Shown here: positions 1 through 9,313 of the stretch, one piece after another
Position numbering within the stretch: position 1 is the stretch's first letter
Layout: each line of letters begins with the position of its first letter
Assembly (NCBI RefSeq): GCF_900079115.1
Contig: NZ_LT549890.1
Coordinates: 1,230,001-1,262,000 of the forward strand
Origin: Saccharolobus solfataricus
Lineage (GTDB): Archaea; Thermoproteota; Thermoprotei_A; Sulfolobales; Sulfolobaceae
Reading direction: 5' to 3'
Length of the DNA stretch: 32,000 bases
The notes under the pieces: generated by a model
What the model saw: only the letters and a program-made list of their open reading frames with translations
Told to the model about the DNA's origin: nothing
The model's database searches: none
Position numbers and translations under genes: made by a program

Positions 1-1
1 A

Positions 2-259
2 GGTATTCCAGCTAGATATGTAATGGGAGTAGTTAATGATAATCCAAGAGCAACTCACGCTTGGGTTGAAGTGTTAACTCCAGATGGTACGTACATAGAT
101 GTTGATCCTACTAGAGGTAGGTTTTACAATTTAGATTATATAAAGTTCGCAGTTGGTAGGGACTTCAATGATGTAAGTCCAGTGATAGGGTTTTTCGTTA
201 GTTCTGGAAGGGGATGGCTTAAGGAAGTAAGAATAAAGGTGGAGAAAAGTGCTTCCTAA
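2..259 (+). CDS. transglutaminase-like domain protein, C-terminal fragment (5' end outside window)
   Basis: The frame is open from base 2 with no start needed. Translation GIPARYVMGVVND...THAWVEVLTPDGTYIDVDPT matches the His/Asp half of the transglutaminase-core signature. Confidence 0.7.
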   Translation, partial: GIPARYVMGVVNDNPRATHAWVEVLTPDGTYIDVDPTRGRFYNLDYIKFAVGRDFNDVSPVIGFFVSSGRGWLKEVRIKVEKSAS

Positions 260-650
260 AAGTATTGCGTATAAGATTTACTGGGCTGGAAGGTATTTGG
301 AAAGAATAGAGAACATATGTAGGATGTCGTTACTAGCCATTAATAACGGGTTAAATATTAACACTGTAGCTAAACAACTTGGATTTGATAACGAGTATGA
401 ATTGATAAATTATGTTAAAACTTCTTTCCAGTACTTAAGGGAGAACGTTAGAAGTTTTGCGGATGAGAAGGTAATTATTCAAGTGAATACACTTGAGTTT
501 CTGATAGACTCTGACAAATCCGATTTACAAAGTTACTTTACGCAACTACTTAATGGAGTATATAACGTTGGAAATAGCTTTGAGAAGTTCTTTGTAGAGG
601 TTAGGAGCGAGATGAGGATTAGACCACAGCAGGAAAATCAGCCAGAATAA
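249..650 (+). CDS. alpha-E domain (DUF403-like) protein, short form
   Basis: GTG start overlapping the upstream stop by 11 nt. N-terminus YWAGRYLERIENICR resembles the alpha-E motif (YW.GRY.ER.E). Its position next to a transglutaminase gene is the usual context. Confidence 0.5.
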   Translation: MLPKSIAYKIYWAGRYLERIENICRMSLLAINNGLNINTVAKQLGFDNEYELINYVKTSFQYLRENVRSFADEKVIIQVNTLEFLIDSDKSDLQSYFTQLLNGVYNVGNSFEKFFVEVRSEMRIRPQQENQPE

Positions 651-802
651 CGTCGGTATGTGGATTTCTTTTATCTTAAGATGAACTGGAGAATACTGAG
701 ATAATATTAAAATAATAGTAAATATTAACTTTAATAATTACAATCTAAAATTACCAATTGTATCAAATCTGGAATATAAAAATCTTATGAGGTTAGGAAG
801 TT

Positions 803-1606
803 TCACTTCCCTTTAAAATTAGGTCTTCTTTTCTCGAAGAAAGCTCTAGCGCCTTCCTTAGCATCCTCTGAAGCCAGAGCTTGATTCTGCATTTCTCTCT
901 CCAGAGCAAAAGCATTATACAACGGCAAATCCATTCCTTCATTAACTGCTAATTTTGCAAATCCCACTGCTAATGATGGACCTCTAGATATTTGCCTAGC
1001 AAACTCTAATGACTCTTCAAATAGTTTTTCTGGCTCTACTAACTTGTCTAGGATACCTAAATCATAAGCCTCTTTAGGAGAAAGTGTCTTGCCGGTTATC
1101 ATTAGATATATAGCCTTCGATCTTCCAACTAATCTAGCTAAAAACTGAGTTCCTCCCTCACCTGGGATTAAAGCTAAATTGGCTACTTCTGGCATTCCAA
1201 ATTTAATATTCTCATCATTGGCACCGAACCTCAAATCACAAGCAAGTGCCAGTTCTAAGCCCCCACCCATACAATGGCCATTTATGCTGGCTATTATCAA
1301 TTTCTTTGTTGACATCATTCTTAACATGACCTCTTTGCTAAACTGACTTGAGAGCCCTATGTATTCTGGTGATTTATCCTTTATTTCATTTATATCAAAT
1401 CCTGCAGAGAAAAATCTGGGAATTGCGCTAGTTATAATTAACGCTTTTACATTTTCATCAAAACGTGACTCCACAATAATGTTATCCAATTCTCTTAACA
1501 TTTCCAGATTATGTGCATTAGCTGGTGGTCTATTTAATCTTATTATCCCCACTCCATCTTCGACTTCTATTTTGAAATATTTTGGAGTCAATTCAGTTAA
1601 ACCCAT
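803..1606 (-). CDS. enoyl-CoA hydratase/isomerase (crotonase) family protein
   Basis: 267 aa with crotonase oxyanion-hole motifs FSAGFDINE and GHCMGGGLELALACDLR. It starts 10 nt downstream of the preceding PaaA-like gene. Confidence 0.9.
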   Translation of the reverse strand: MGLTELTPKYFKIEVEDGVGIIRLNRPPANAHNLEMLRELDNIIVESRFDENVKALIITSAIPRFFSAGFDINEIKDKSPEYIGLSSQFSKEVMLRMMSTKKLIIASINGHCMGGGLELALACDLRFGANDENIKFGMPEVANLALIPGEGGTQFLARLVGRSKAIYLMITGKTLSPKEAYDLGILDKLVEPEKLFEESLEFARQISRGPSLAVGFAKLAVNEGMDLPLYNAFALEREMQNQALASEDAKEGARAFFEKRRPNFKGK

Positions 1607-1616
1607 GAACTATCAC

Positions 1617-2402
1617 CTAAAATATTCTTCTATTCCTATTCACATCTGGTAACTCTAAACCTAAGGGTGCGATTAATTCTGCGACATCTTTTATGTATAA
1701 TTGCCTCATTTCATCATTCCTCATTCTCTTTATCCCATACTTATAAGCTAAGTCTATAGTATATGACTTAGAGTGTCCAAACATATCTAAACCTCTAGGG
1801 AACCATTTATTTATTAATGCTTGTGCTAAATCCCTTTTTCCCTCTTCAACTAGTCTCTTTATGCCAGTATATCCAAAATTAATGTGAAATTCCTCTTCCA
1901 TTAGCATTGTAGGAATTATTCTTGAAAGTGGACCAAAACTGGAATCCTCGAAGGCTAGTAGTTGATATAAACCTACCCTGTCTATTAAAAACGTAAAACC
2001 TAATGTGTCCTCCCACATATTAAAAGGAATATTAAACGCATCAAGCTTATGCCTACCCATTCTAGTCCACAATAGATTTTCGGCTATTTTCTTACCTTCT
2101 TCCCCGAATTCCTTTAGTAATTGAATAACTTGCCAACCATGCCTCATTTCATCAACCATAATCCTAGAAATTGTTACTCTATCTGATAACTTAGGTGCGT
2201 GGAATAACCACGGCATATGCTGTTCAATCGATGCGAACTCTGTATCTCCTTGAACTGTAAGTAGCTTTAACAAAACATCTACTGCTTCAAAGGGTAAATC
2301 GTATATTGATTCAAATTTCCTTAAACCCTTGTAATCTCCCCATCCAATAACTCTCTTAGGTTTCTTATATTCCACGGGAATCATCGATATATACTTACAC
2401 AT
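1617..2402 (-). CDS. PaaA/PaaC-family ferritin-like di-iron oxygenase subunit (aryl-CoA epoxidase-like)
   Basis: Two EXXH di-iron motifs (DEMRHGWQ and EEEFHINFG) with PaaA-like spacing. A TATA-like TTATATAT at about 2405-2412 fits a leaderless start at the internal Met (ATG ending at 2384) better than at 2402. Confidence 0.75.
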   Translation of the reverse strand: MCKYISMIPVEYKKPKRVIGWGDYKGLRKFESIYDLPFEAVDVLLKLLTVQGDTEFASIEQHMPWLFHAPKLSDRVTISRIMVDEMRHGWQVIQLLKEFGEEGKKIAENLLWTRMGRHKLDAFNIPFNMWEDTLGFTFLIDRVGLYQLLAFEDSSFGPLSRIIPTMLMEEEFHINFGYTGIKRLVEEGKRDLAQALINKWFPRGLDMFGHSKSYTIDLAYKYGIKRMRNDEMRQLYIKDVAELIAPLGLELPDVNRNRRIF

Positions 2403-2487
2403 TTAGATATATAACGTTTTCTATACGTAGACATGAAAAAGCGAAAAGCATAAAAGATTCTAAAAATTAGATATTAAATGAGAGAAC

Positions 2488-3192
2488 ATGCAAAAATTAA
2501 GGAGTGTGAAGGAAGTTCCACAAGATTTAACAAATACACTAGTAAACATAATCGAACTAAGAGCTGATTTTGAGCTTGCAATGGTAGAGCAATATTCTCC
2601 ATGGCTAGTAAATGCCCCAACGGTTGATAGTAGATTATTTGTAGCCAAACTGGTTTCAGATGAGCTAAATCACGGATGGCAACTGGTAAGATTGTTAGAG
2701 GAGTTCAAAGTTAAAGACGTAATTGAGAGGATTAGTAATGCGAGGTTGGGAATCCATAAATTAGAAGTATCGAACTTACCATTATTTAATTGGGAAGACG
2801 TTATTGCATTCACATTCCTAGTAGATGGAGCTGGGCTATATCAGCTAAAAATTCTTAAAGACTGTTCATTCGAACCCCTATCAACCCTAGCGTCTAGTAT
2901 GATTAAGGAAGAAGAGTCTCATATATTTTTCTCACAAAATGAACTAAGAAATTACCAAAATAAGAATAGAATGCAAGGTGCAATTAACTTCTGGTTCCCT
3001 AGAGCGGTAGAGATGTTACACATGACATGGTCATTAAACGAAACCCATTTGAGAGATCTGAATATTTCGGATCTAACTAAAAACGATTTAATAAATGGTT
3101 ATATAAAAACAACTAATGAGGAACTGAAAAAATGTGGATATAATGAAGTAAATTACGATAAGGCACTCCACTATAATGTTGTACTGAAGTAA
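2488..3192 (+). CDS. second PaaA/PaaC-family ferritin-like di-iron protein
   Basis: 234 aa paralog of the divergent gene. It also retains both EXXH motifs (DELNHGWQ, EEESHIFF). Confidence 0.7.
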   Translation: MQKLRSVKEVPQDLTNTLVNIIELRADFELAMVEQYSPWLVNAPTVDSRLFVAKLVSDELNHGWQLVRLLEEFKVKDVIERISNARLGIHKLEVSNLPLFNWEDVIAFTFLVDGAGLYQLKILKDCSFEPLSTLASSMIKEEESHIFFSQNELRNYQNKNRMQGAINFWFPRAVEMLHMTWSLNETHLRDLNISDLTKNDLINGYIKTTNEELKKCGYNEVNYDKALHYNVVLK

Positions 3193-3261
3193 AGTACGAG
3201 ATTTTTACGTATAACATTAACAGCGTAAACTATATAAATTGGTTTAAAAAATTAAATAATA

Positions 3262-4851
3262 ATGACAAGCCAGCATCGGAAAATTTTAAACATCACAGAT
3301 GAACTATTTTCAAGGTACGATAATAGTGAATCAGATAAAAGAATTGCAATATATTATAGGAATGAAATTTGGACATATAGAAGGTTGATTGATGAAATTA
3401 ATAGGGTAGGTAATACATTGAAAGACCTAGGTATAGAGAAAGAAAATAGGATCCTAATGATCTCATATGATAGTCCTTATTTCATATCAACGTTCTATGG
3501 TGCCGTGAAAATAGGTGCGATACCAGTACCAGTCAACACATATCTAAAGCCAGAAGAATACCTATTTTTCCTAGAGGATACTGAAGCAAAAGTGCTTGTA
3601 GTAGAACCAGAGATTTGGAATAAGTTATCACAATCCATTAAGAACAAGACCACTAAACTTAAGCATGTAATTATCTTACCGGGTATGTACAATATGATGG
3701 AGAAGATTGAAAGTACGCAATACATACCTCAATCATCATATACGGAGCTTGTATCAAAGGCTTCAGTAAAGCTGGAGGCTGAAAAGACGTCGCCAAACGA
3801 TATGGCTTTTTGGTTATATACGTCGGGTACTACCGGACATCCTAAGGCAGCACTTCACTTGCATAAAGATATTCTCGTAGTTCTTAATACTTTCGTAAAA
3901 AATATACTTAAGATTACAGAAAGAGATAGGTTATTTAGCGCTTCTAAATTATTCTTCGCATATGGATTAGGTAATGGATCTTATTTTGCTTTTGGAAATG
4001 GTGCTTCAGTAATTCTAATGCCGGAAAGAGTGGAACCCAAAAGAGTTTTAGAAACGATACATAAGTACAAACCAACTATTTTCTTTGGTGTACCTACTTT
4101 ATATAATGCAATGTTGCAAGTAGAAGAGTGGAAAAATTACGATCTAAGCAGCTTAAGGTTCTGTGTTTCTGCGGGAGAACCTTTGCCTCCTGCGATATTT
4201 AATAGATGGAAGGAAAGGTATGGGATAGAGATCGTAGATGGTATTGGATCCACTGAAGCGCTTCATATTTACATTTCTAATATTCCGGGGAACTGTAAAG
4301 CTGGTAGTAGCGGAAAAGTAGTTCCTGGTTATGAAGTGAAAATTGTTGACGAAAACGGTAATGAGGTACCCCCTAAGACAGTAGGCGATCTTTACGTAAA
4401 AGGAGATAGTATAGCCATGTTTTACTGGCGTGATTATGAGGCTACTAGAAGGAACATGGTAGGGTTTTGGTTTAGAACTGGGGATAAGTTCTTTAGGGAC
4501 GAGGATGGTTACTATTATTATGTTGGAAGATCTGATGATATGATTAAAACTTCCGGATTATGGGTCTCTCCAATAGAAGTCGAGGCGGTATTGTTATCTC
4601 ATCCAGCAATTTTGGAAGCTGCAGTAGTAGGTCTACCAGATGAGGTGGGATTGATAAAAGTAGTAGCATTTGTCACCTTAAAACAAGGATACTCTCCTAG
4701 TGAGGAATTAGCTAATAACATTAAAGATTATCTTAAAGAAAAACTGGACCATTACAAGGTTCCTAAGGAAATAAGATTCGTAAATGAGATTCCAAAGACT
4801 GCAACTGGTAAAATACAAAGGTATAAATTTAGACTGGGTGAAGTAAAATAA
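3262..4851 (+). CDS. AMP-dependent aryl-CoA ligase, benzoate/4-hydroxybenzoate-CoA ligase family
   Basis: AMP-binding motif YTSGTTGHPKAALH. The C-terminal block TGDKFFRDEDGYYYYVGRSDDMIKTSGLWVSPIEVE is typical of benzoate-CoA ligase relatives. Confidence 0.85.
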   Translation: MTSQHRKILNITDELFSRYDNSESDKRIAIYYRNEIWTYRRLIDEINRVGNTLKDLGIEKENRILMISYDSPYFISTFYGAVKIGAIPVPVNTYLKPEEYLFFLEDTEAKVLVVEPEIWNKLSQSIKNKTTKLKHVIILPGMYNMMEKIESTQYIPQSSYTELVSKASVKLEAEKTSPNDMAFWLYTSGTTGHPKAALHLHKDILVVLNTFVKNILKITERDRLFSASKLFFAYGLGNGSYFAFGNGASVILMPERVEPKRVLETIHKYKPTIFFGVPTLYNAMLQVEEWKNYDLSSLRFCVSAGEPLPPAIFNRWKERYGIEIVDGIGSTEALHIYISNIPGNCKAGSSGKVVPGYEVKIVDENGNEVPPKTVGDLYVKGDSIAMFYWRDYEATRRNMVGFWFRTGDKFFRDEDGYYYYVGRSDDMIKTSGLWVSPIEVEAVLLSHPAILEAAVVGLPDEVGLIKVVAFVTLKQGYSPSEELANNIKDYLKEKLDHYKVPKEIRFVNEIPKTATGKIQRYKFRLGEVK

Positions 4852-4923
4852 AATTTTTACAGCTATCATAGTACTTATAATACCCAAGAAAATTTTTTAG
4901 TATTTATTTAGAGGTTATTATTA

Positions 4924-5724
4924 ATGAAGATACAATCGTTATTCTTTACATTGTATGGAGATTACATAAAAGATGCGGGAGGAACGATAAGTTCCAAAAG
5001 CTTGATTATTATTCTTAAAGAATTTGGTTTTTCAGAAGGTGCGATTAGAGCTGGTTTACACAGAATGAAGAAAGCCGGTTTAATAGTCTCTGAAAGGGGA
5101 AAAGATAAGAAAATAAGATATAAATTGTCTGAAAAAGGGCTGTTGAGATTACTAGAAGGAACTAGGAGAGTCTATGAAAAGACTAGAAGAAGATGGGATG
5201 GCAAATGGAGGATAGTAGTGTATAACATTCCAGAAAATAACAGGGAGGTAAGAGATAGATTGAGGAGAGAGCTAAAATGGTTAGGATTTGGAATGCTAGC
5301 TCAGTCAACATGGATATCACCAAATCCTATTGAAGATACGTTAAGGAAATTTATCAATGATCTCTACAACTCGACCAATAGCGTGAAGGTAGACATTTTT
5401 GTGGCAGATTATTTAGATCAACCTAATCATTTGGTAGAAAGATGTTGGAATTTAGTTGAAGTCGAACAAGCTTACAAGTCTTTTTTAGAAGAATGGTCTC
5501 CAATGCTTAAAAAGGTCAACTCCATGAAAAGTAATGAAGCGTTTGTAACTAGGATAGAATTAGTCCATGAATATAGAAAATTTCTAAATATAGACCCTGA
5601 TTTACCAGAAGATTTATTGCCCCAGAATTGGATAGGTTATAAGGCATATGACCTCTTCATGAAACTGAGAGAGGAATTAACACCAAAGGCAAATGAGTTC
5701 TTTTACAAGGTGTATGAGCCATAA
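4924..5724 (+). CDS. paaX: PaaX-family transcriptional regulator
   Basis: N-terminal wHTH-like region (FGFSEGAIRAGLHRMKKAGLI) followed by the characteristic PaaX block WDGKWRIVVYNIPENNREVRDRLRRELKWLGFGMLAQSTWISP. Confidence 0.75.
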   Translation: MKIQSLFFTLYGDYIKDAGGTISSKSLIIILKEFGFSEGAIRAGLHRMKKAGLIVSERGKDKKIRYKLSEKGLLRLLEGTRRVYEKTRRRWDGKWRIVVYNIPENNREVRDRLRRELKWLGFGMLAQSTWISPNPIEDTLRKFINDLYNSTNSVKVDIFVADYLDQPNHLVERCWNLVEVEQAYKSFLEEWSPMLKKVNSMKSNEAFVTRIELVHEYRKFLNIDPDLPEDLLPQNWIGYKAYDLFMKLREELTPKANEFFYKVYEP

Positions 5725-6091
5725 AACTTTATGCTATCATTTAAAAAAGTTTAGTATATACTAATTTTCTTAAATTAAACAATTTTACTTCTTATATCTT
5801 ATTTAGCAATAGTATTAAATTAAATATAGCTTTTTTTGTATTGTCCCATATTTTTGTGTCAAATTAGTATCATGAAATCCCTCGATATGAAGAATCCAAG
5901 CTTATCTTCACCATTCTCCTATAAGGATATGTTAAAGATAATTCCTTGTGTGTTTGAAAAAATATCCTGCGGGCATTGTAATGTTGTCCTATCTATTACG
6001 TTAATCTTTTTAGGGAAAATATGGTTCAAAACACCTCTTGGCAGTCAATAATAAAAAATGAGTTAAGCGTTCCGTTGAACCACTTCTCGAC

Positions 6092-7495
6092 ATTACAAAA
6101 TACTGAAAGCCTTGCCCCTTCTAGGGCAGTGAGAAATTAGCAGTGCACTGAAAACCATTAACGTTAGACTTTATCTTAATGGGGGTTAAGGGGGCGGAAG
6201 ACCCTTCTGTAAGGGATGGATAGCCCCTTATATTTTAAATATTAAGAACTACAGATATACAATTAACGTCTGACGTAGGATTCCGCTTCCGCGCTTATAC
6301 TAACGAACAAGCATTGAGGGCGTTAAAAGCCCAGTTGAGGCTAGCATGTGAGGTATATAACACCCTACGTTGGGCAGACACCTATTTCTACCAAAGGGAT
6401 GGGAAAGGACTTACACAGACGGAGTTAAGACAGATGGCCCTTGACTTAAGAAAGCAGGATGAGGAGTACAAACAACTTCACTCACAAGTTGTTCAACAGA
6501 TAGTAGATCGTTTTTACGAGGCTAAGAAGAGGTTTATGGACGGGCTAGCACGCTTTCCAAGAGAAAAGAAACCGCACAAGTACTACTCGCTAGTTTACTC
6601 TCAATCGGGATGGAAAGTGTTGAGCTTAAGGGAAATAAGAAGAAAGAGTAATCACAAGAAGAAGTTAATGAAGCTCTACCTATCTCATCTAGGAGTCTTC
6701 AACGTGATAGTACACAGGGACTTCCCTCTAGATAAGGTGAAGAGAATCATAGTGAAGTTAGAGCCGTCTGGGAGAATATACATCATTTTCGTGGTTGATT
6801 ACGAGTTCAAGGCCCTTCCATCTACTGGAAAAGTTGTCGCGATCGACGTGGGAATTGAGAAACTCGTAACTACCTCCGATGGTCAGTATTTCCCTAACCT
6901 GAAGCCTTTTGAGAGGGCCTTAACCAAGGTAAGGGAACTTCATAGGTCTCTTTCGAGGAAGAGATTCCTCTCTCATAACTGGTTCAAAGCTAAGGTTAAG
7001 TTGGCTAGGGTTTATGAGCACGTGAAGAACTTGAGGAAAGATATTTACATGAAGCTCGGTAAGTATTTTGCAGAATACTACGATATCGTGGTAATGGAGG
7101 ATATTAGCGTTAAGAAGCTGGTTGGTAAGTCTCTCAAGGTGAGGAGGAGGCTTCACGATGTTGGTTTTTACGAGTTTAGGACGATACTGGAGTATCAACT
7201 AATAAAATACGGTAAGAAGTTCACTCTCGTCGATCCAGCATACACGTCGATGACTTGTGCTAGATGCGGATACGTCAGGGAAGATTTAACTCTCTTCGAC
7301 CGCGTGTTTGTTTGTCCTAAATGCGGTTGGATAGTAGACCGTGACTATAATGCTTCTCTCAACATCTTACGTAGATCGGGGTCGGAACGACCCTCAGTGT
7401 GGAGCTCTGCCTTCTACCGCTGGCAAGGTGGGGCTATGAAGCAGGAAGCCTTGTCCGTTAGGGGAGGGTAGTTCACCAGTATAGGGAGAAAAATA
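6092..7495 (+). mobile_element. IS200/IS605-family element of the tnpB-only (IS1341-like) type; ends approximate
   Basis: It contains a tnpB ORF and no tnpA. The left end carries the subterminal hairpin TGCCC-CTTCTA-GGGCA (6113-6128), and block 6092-6126 is shared with the second element at 22046-22079. The 3' end has the stem GGGTCG-GAA-CGACCC, consistent with an omegaRNA-type scaffold. Confidence 0.7.
6314..7471 (+). CDS. tnpB: TnpB (IS200/IS605 OrfB) RuvC-like RNA-guided nuclease family protein
   Basis: RuvC motifs [17 protein letters not shown] and [11 protein letters not shown]. Zinc finger CARCG...CPKCG. Typical archaeal tail [11 protein letters not shown]. The first usable start is TTG 6314, but conserved N-terminal coding continues upstream (see findings). 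Confidence 0.9.
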   Translation: MRALKAQLRLACEVYNTLRWADTYFYQRDGKGLTQTELRQMALDLRKQDEEYKQLHSQVVQQIVDRFYEAKKRFMDGLARFPREKKPHKYYSLVYSQSGWKVLSLREIRRKSNHKKKLMKLYLSHLGVFNVIVHRDFPLDKVKRIIVKLEPSGRIYIIFVVDYEFKALPSTGKVVAIDVGIEKLVTTSDGQYFPNLKPFERALTKVRELHRSLSRKRFLSHNWFKAKVKLARVYEHVKNLRKDIYMKLGKYFAEYYDIVVMEDISVKKLVGKSLKVRRRLHDVGFYEFRTILEYQLIKYGKKFTLVDPAYTSMTCARCGYVREDLTLFDRVFVCPKCGWIVDRDYNASLNILRRSGSERPSVWSSAFYRWQGGAMKQEALSVRGG

Positions 7496-7500
7496 TCTTA

Positions 7501-8334
7501 CTAACTTACCTTCTTCGGTATATCTCTCCCCAAGAAGTTTATTATGGATAAAACCAATGGAACAAGGGAATATACCACAATCGACACAATAGCTAACCCC
7601 ACATTATTACTTATGGAAGGCAGAATGTTCAGTCCCCTAGCTATTGTTGAGAATGGTGAGTTCTGTAGTAGCATAAATGGTAACTCAGTGGAACCCCACG
7701 TTGGTAGATACTCTGAAATCATCTCGTAGCTTCTATTGTTGGTTAATAAAGACACGAAGACGAGTACGTCAGATACTATTATTGAGGCTATTAAGATGAA
7801 TCCACTAATTGTAAAGGATAGATTACTCCTCCTCAGTATTTCACCTATTGCAAAGGCGATGTTTAGGAAGACTAATGTTGAGAATACTACTGAAGAGAAG
7901 AGCTCTGGTAATAGTATTAAATCACTTTGTACTCCAAAGAGAAGAGATGAAAGGACTAAGGCAAGCACTACCATGAATAGGTAAATAATTAAAAGTAAGG
8001 AGAATGAACCAAGCCACTTCTCCATAACAAATCTCAACCTAGTTATTGGTTTTGATATGAAATAATCTACTGTTCCTTGTTCATATTCTTCTGCCATTGA
8101 TCCAGAAGCTATCGATATTGCTAAGAAGTGTATTAGGAGGACTTGTGGTAATAGTACCCCAAGAGCCCATAAATAGGGAGATAGGGGAATTATTAATGTC
8201 TTCAGTGACTTTGAAGGTACTAAATATATTGCTAAGTAAATGCCGAGTTCAAAGATGAACGTTATTATAGATAGTACTATGACCTTTTTCCTAGCTATTG
8301 CCCTTCTCCACTCGTAAAGCATGATCTCAAACAT
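7501..8334 (-). CDS. ABC-2 type transporter permease
   Basis: 277 aa, about six hydrophobic spans. It overlaps the upstream ATPase gene by 8 nt, which indicates an operon. Confidence 0.7.
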   Translation of the reverse strand: MFEIMLYEWRRAIARKKVIVLSIITFIFELGIYLAIYLVPSKSLKTLIIPLSPYLWALGVLLPQVLLIHFLAISIASGSMAEEYEQGTVDYFISKPITRLRFVMEKWLGSFSLLLIIYLFMVVLALVLSSLLFGVQSDLILLPELFSSVVFSTLVFLNIAFAIGEILRRSNLSFTISGFILIASIIVSDVLVFVSLLTNNRSYEMISEYLPTWGSTELPFMLLQNSPFSTIARGLNILPSISNNVGLAIVSIVVYSLVPLVLSIINFLGRDIPKKVS

Positions 8335-9220
8335 TTCCTAATGCCCTCATGTAAGCCTCTTCCAGGTTTAGGTCAATATAGAAACCCTTTACCTTAACAC
8401 CACTTGTAACCAAATCCTTTAACAATTCCTCTCTCCTATCCTCATTAAGTTTGGCTATTAATCTATTCCCATCGTTAAATATTCCTTTAACGTATTCTAT
8501 CCCCTTTAGCACTCCCTCGGCCTTTTCAATTTCGTCCGTTTCTACTACTACTTGTATACCTAAAAACTCCTTAACCATATCCTCAACAGTACCACTAAAA
8601 ACTATCTTCCCCTTATATATCATGAATATTCTATCAGATAGCTTCTTTACATCCTCTAACTCGTGAGATGTCATCAAAATGGATACGTTATCTTTTCTCT
8701 TCAACTTGTTTAGTAGCTCTCTTGTCTTCAGAGAAAAGATAGGGTCAATTCCCATATTTGGCTCATCCATTATTAGAATAGAGGGATTCCCAAGCAAGGC
8801 TTCAGCAATTGCTATTCTCTGAACCATTCCCTTACTGTACTTAACTATGGGATTATTTGCGTAATTCTCCATTTCAACAAATTCCAAAACCCTATTCACC
8901 TCACTTTTGTCCACTCCCCTTATCTTAGCTGAAAGTTCTAGCACTTGCTTTCCAGTAAGAAATGGTGGGTAATTGGGAATTTCTTGAACGTAGCCGACTT
9001 CCTTAAAGATTCTCTTACTCTTGAAAGGATTTTCCCCAAGTATTTGCACTTCTCCCCTATCTGGCTTCATGAGAGTGAGTAGGATTCGGATAAGTGTGGT
9101 TTTTCCCGCACCATTGGGGCCTATAAGTGAGACGAATTCCCTTTTCTTAACCTCTAATGAGACATTATCTAAGGCTATTTTATTGCCGTATTTCTTGACA
9201 ATATTGCTTACAACGATCAT
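8327..9220 (-). CDS. ABC transporter ATP-binding protein
   Basis: Walker A GPNGAGKTT, signature YSKGMVQR, Walker B ILIMDEP, H-loop TSHEL. Confidence 0.9.
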   Translation of the reverse strand: MIVVSNIVKKYGNKIALDNVSLEVKKREFVSLIGPNGAGKTTLIRILLTLMKPDRGEVQILGENPFKSKRIFKEVGYVQEIPNYPPFLTGKQVLELSAKIRGVDKSEVNRVLEFVEMENYANNPIVKYSKGMVQRIAIAEALLGNPSILIMDEPNMGIDPIFSLKTRELLNKLKRKDNVSILMTSHELEDVKKLSDRIFMIYKGKIVFSGTVEDMVKEFLGIQVVVETDEIEKAEGVLKGIEYVKGIFNDGNRLIAKLNEDRREELLKDLVTSGVKVKGFYIDLNLEEAYMRALGNV

Positions 9221-9313
9221 TTTACTATATATAATAATTCATAATCCTGTTTAAAAGCGTGTGTAATAGCGTGTTTGCAAAAAGTTTATTTGTTAACCAA
9301 AAGACTATAATGT

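Noticed and set aside
1359-1652. 97-aa plus-strand ORF antisense to the crotonase gene. Similar antisense ORFs lie at 2460-2648, 3495-3725, 6920-7198, 7544-7984, 8451-8666, 9021-9254, 13853-14161, 17512-17712, 18667-18861, 20780-20998, 22337-22558, 28612-28827, 29308-29535 and 30724-30957
   Set aside because: All lie within and opposite to longer ORFs that carry clear family motifs. Their composition is typical of antisense reading of AT-rich coding DNA.
5836-6051. 71-aa ORF between paaX-like gene and the IS element
   Set aside because: It has a non-ATG start, a Cys/Ile/Leu-rich sequence with no motif and no promoter-like element at the right distance. It is probably non-coding spacer.
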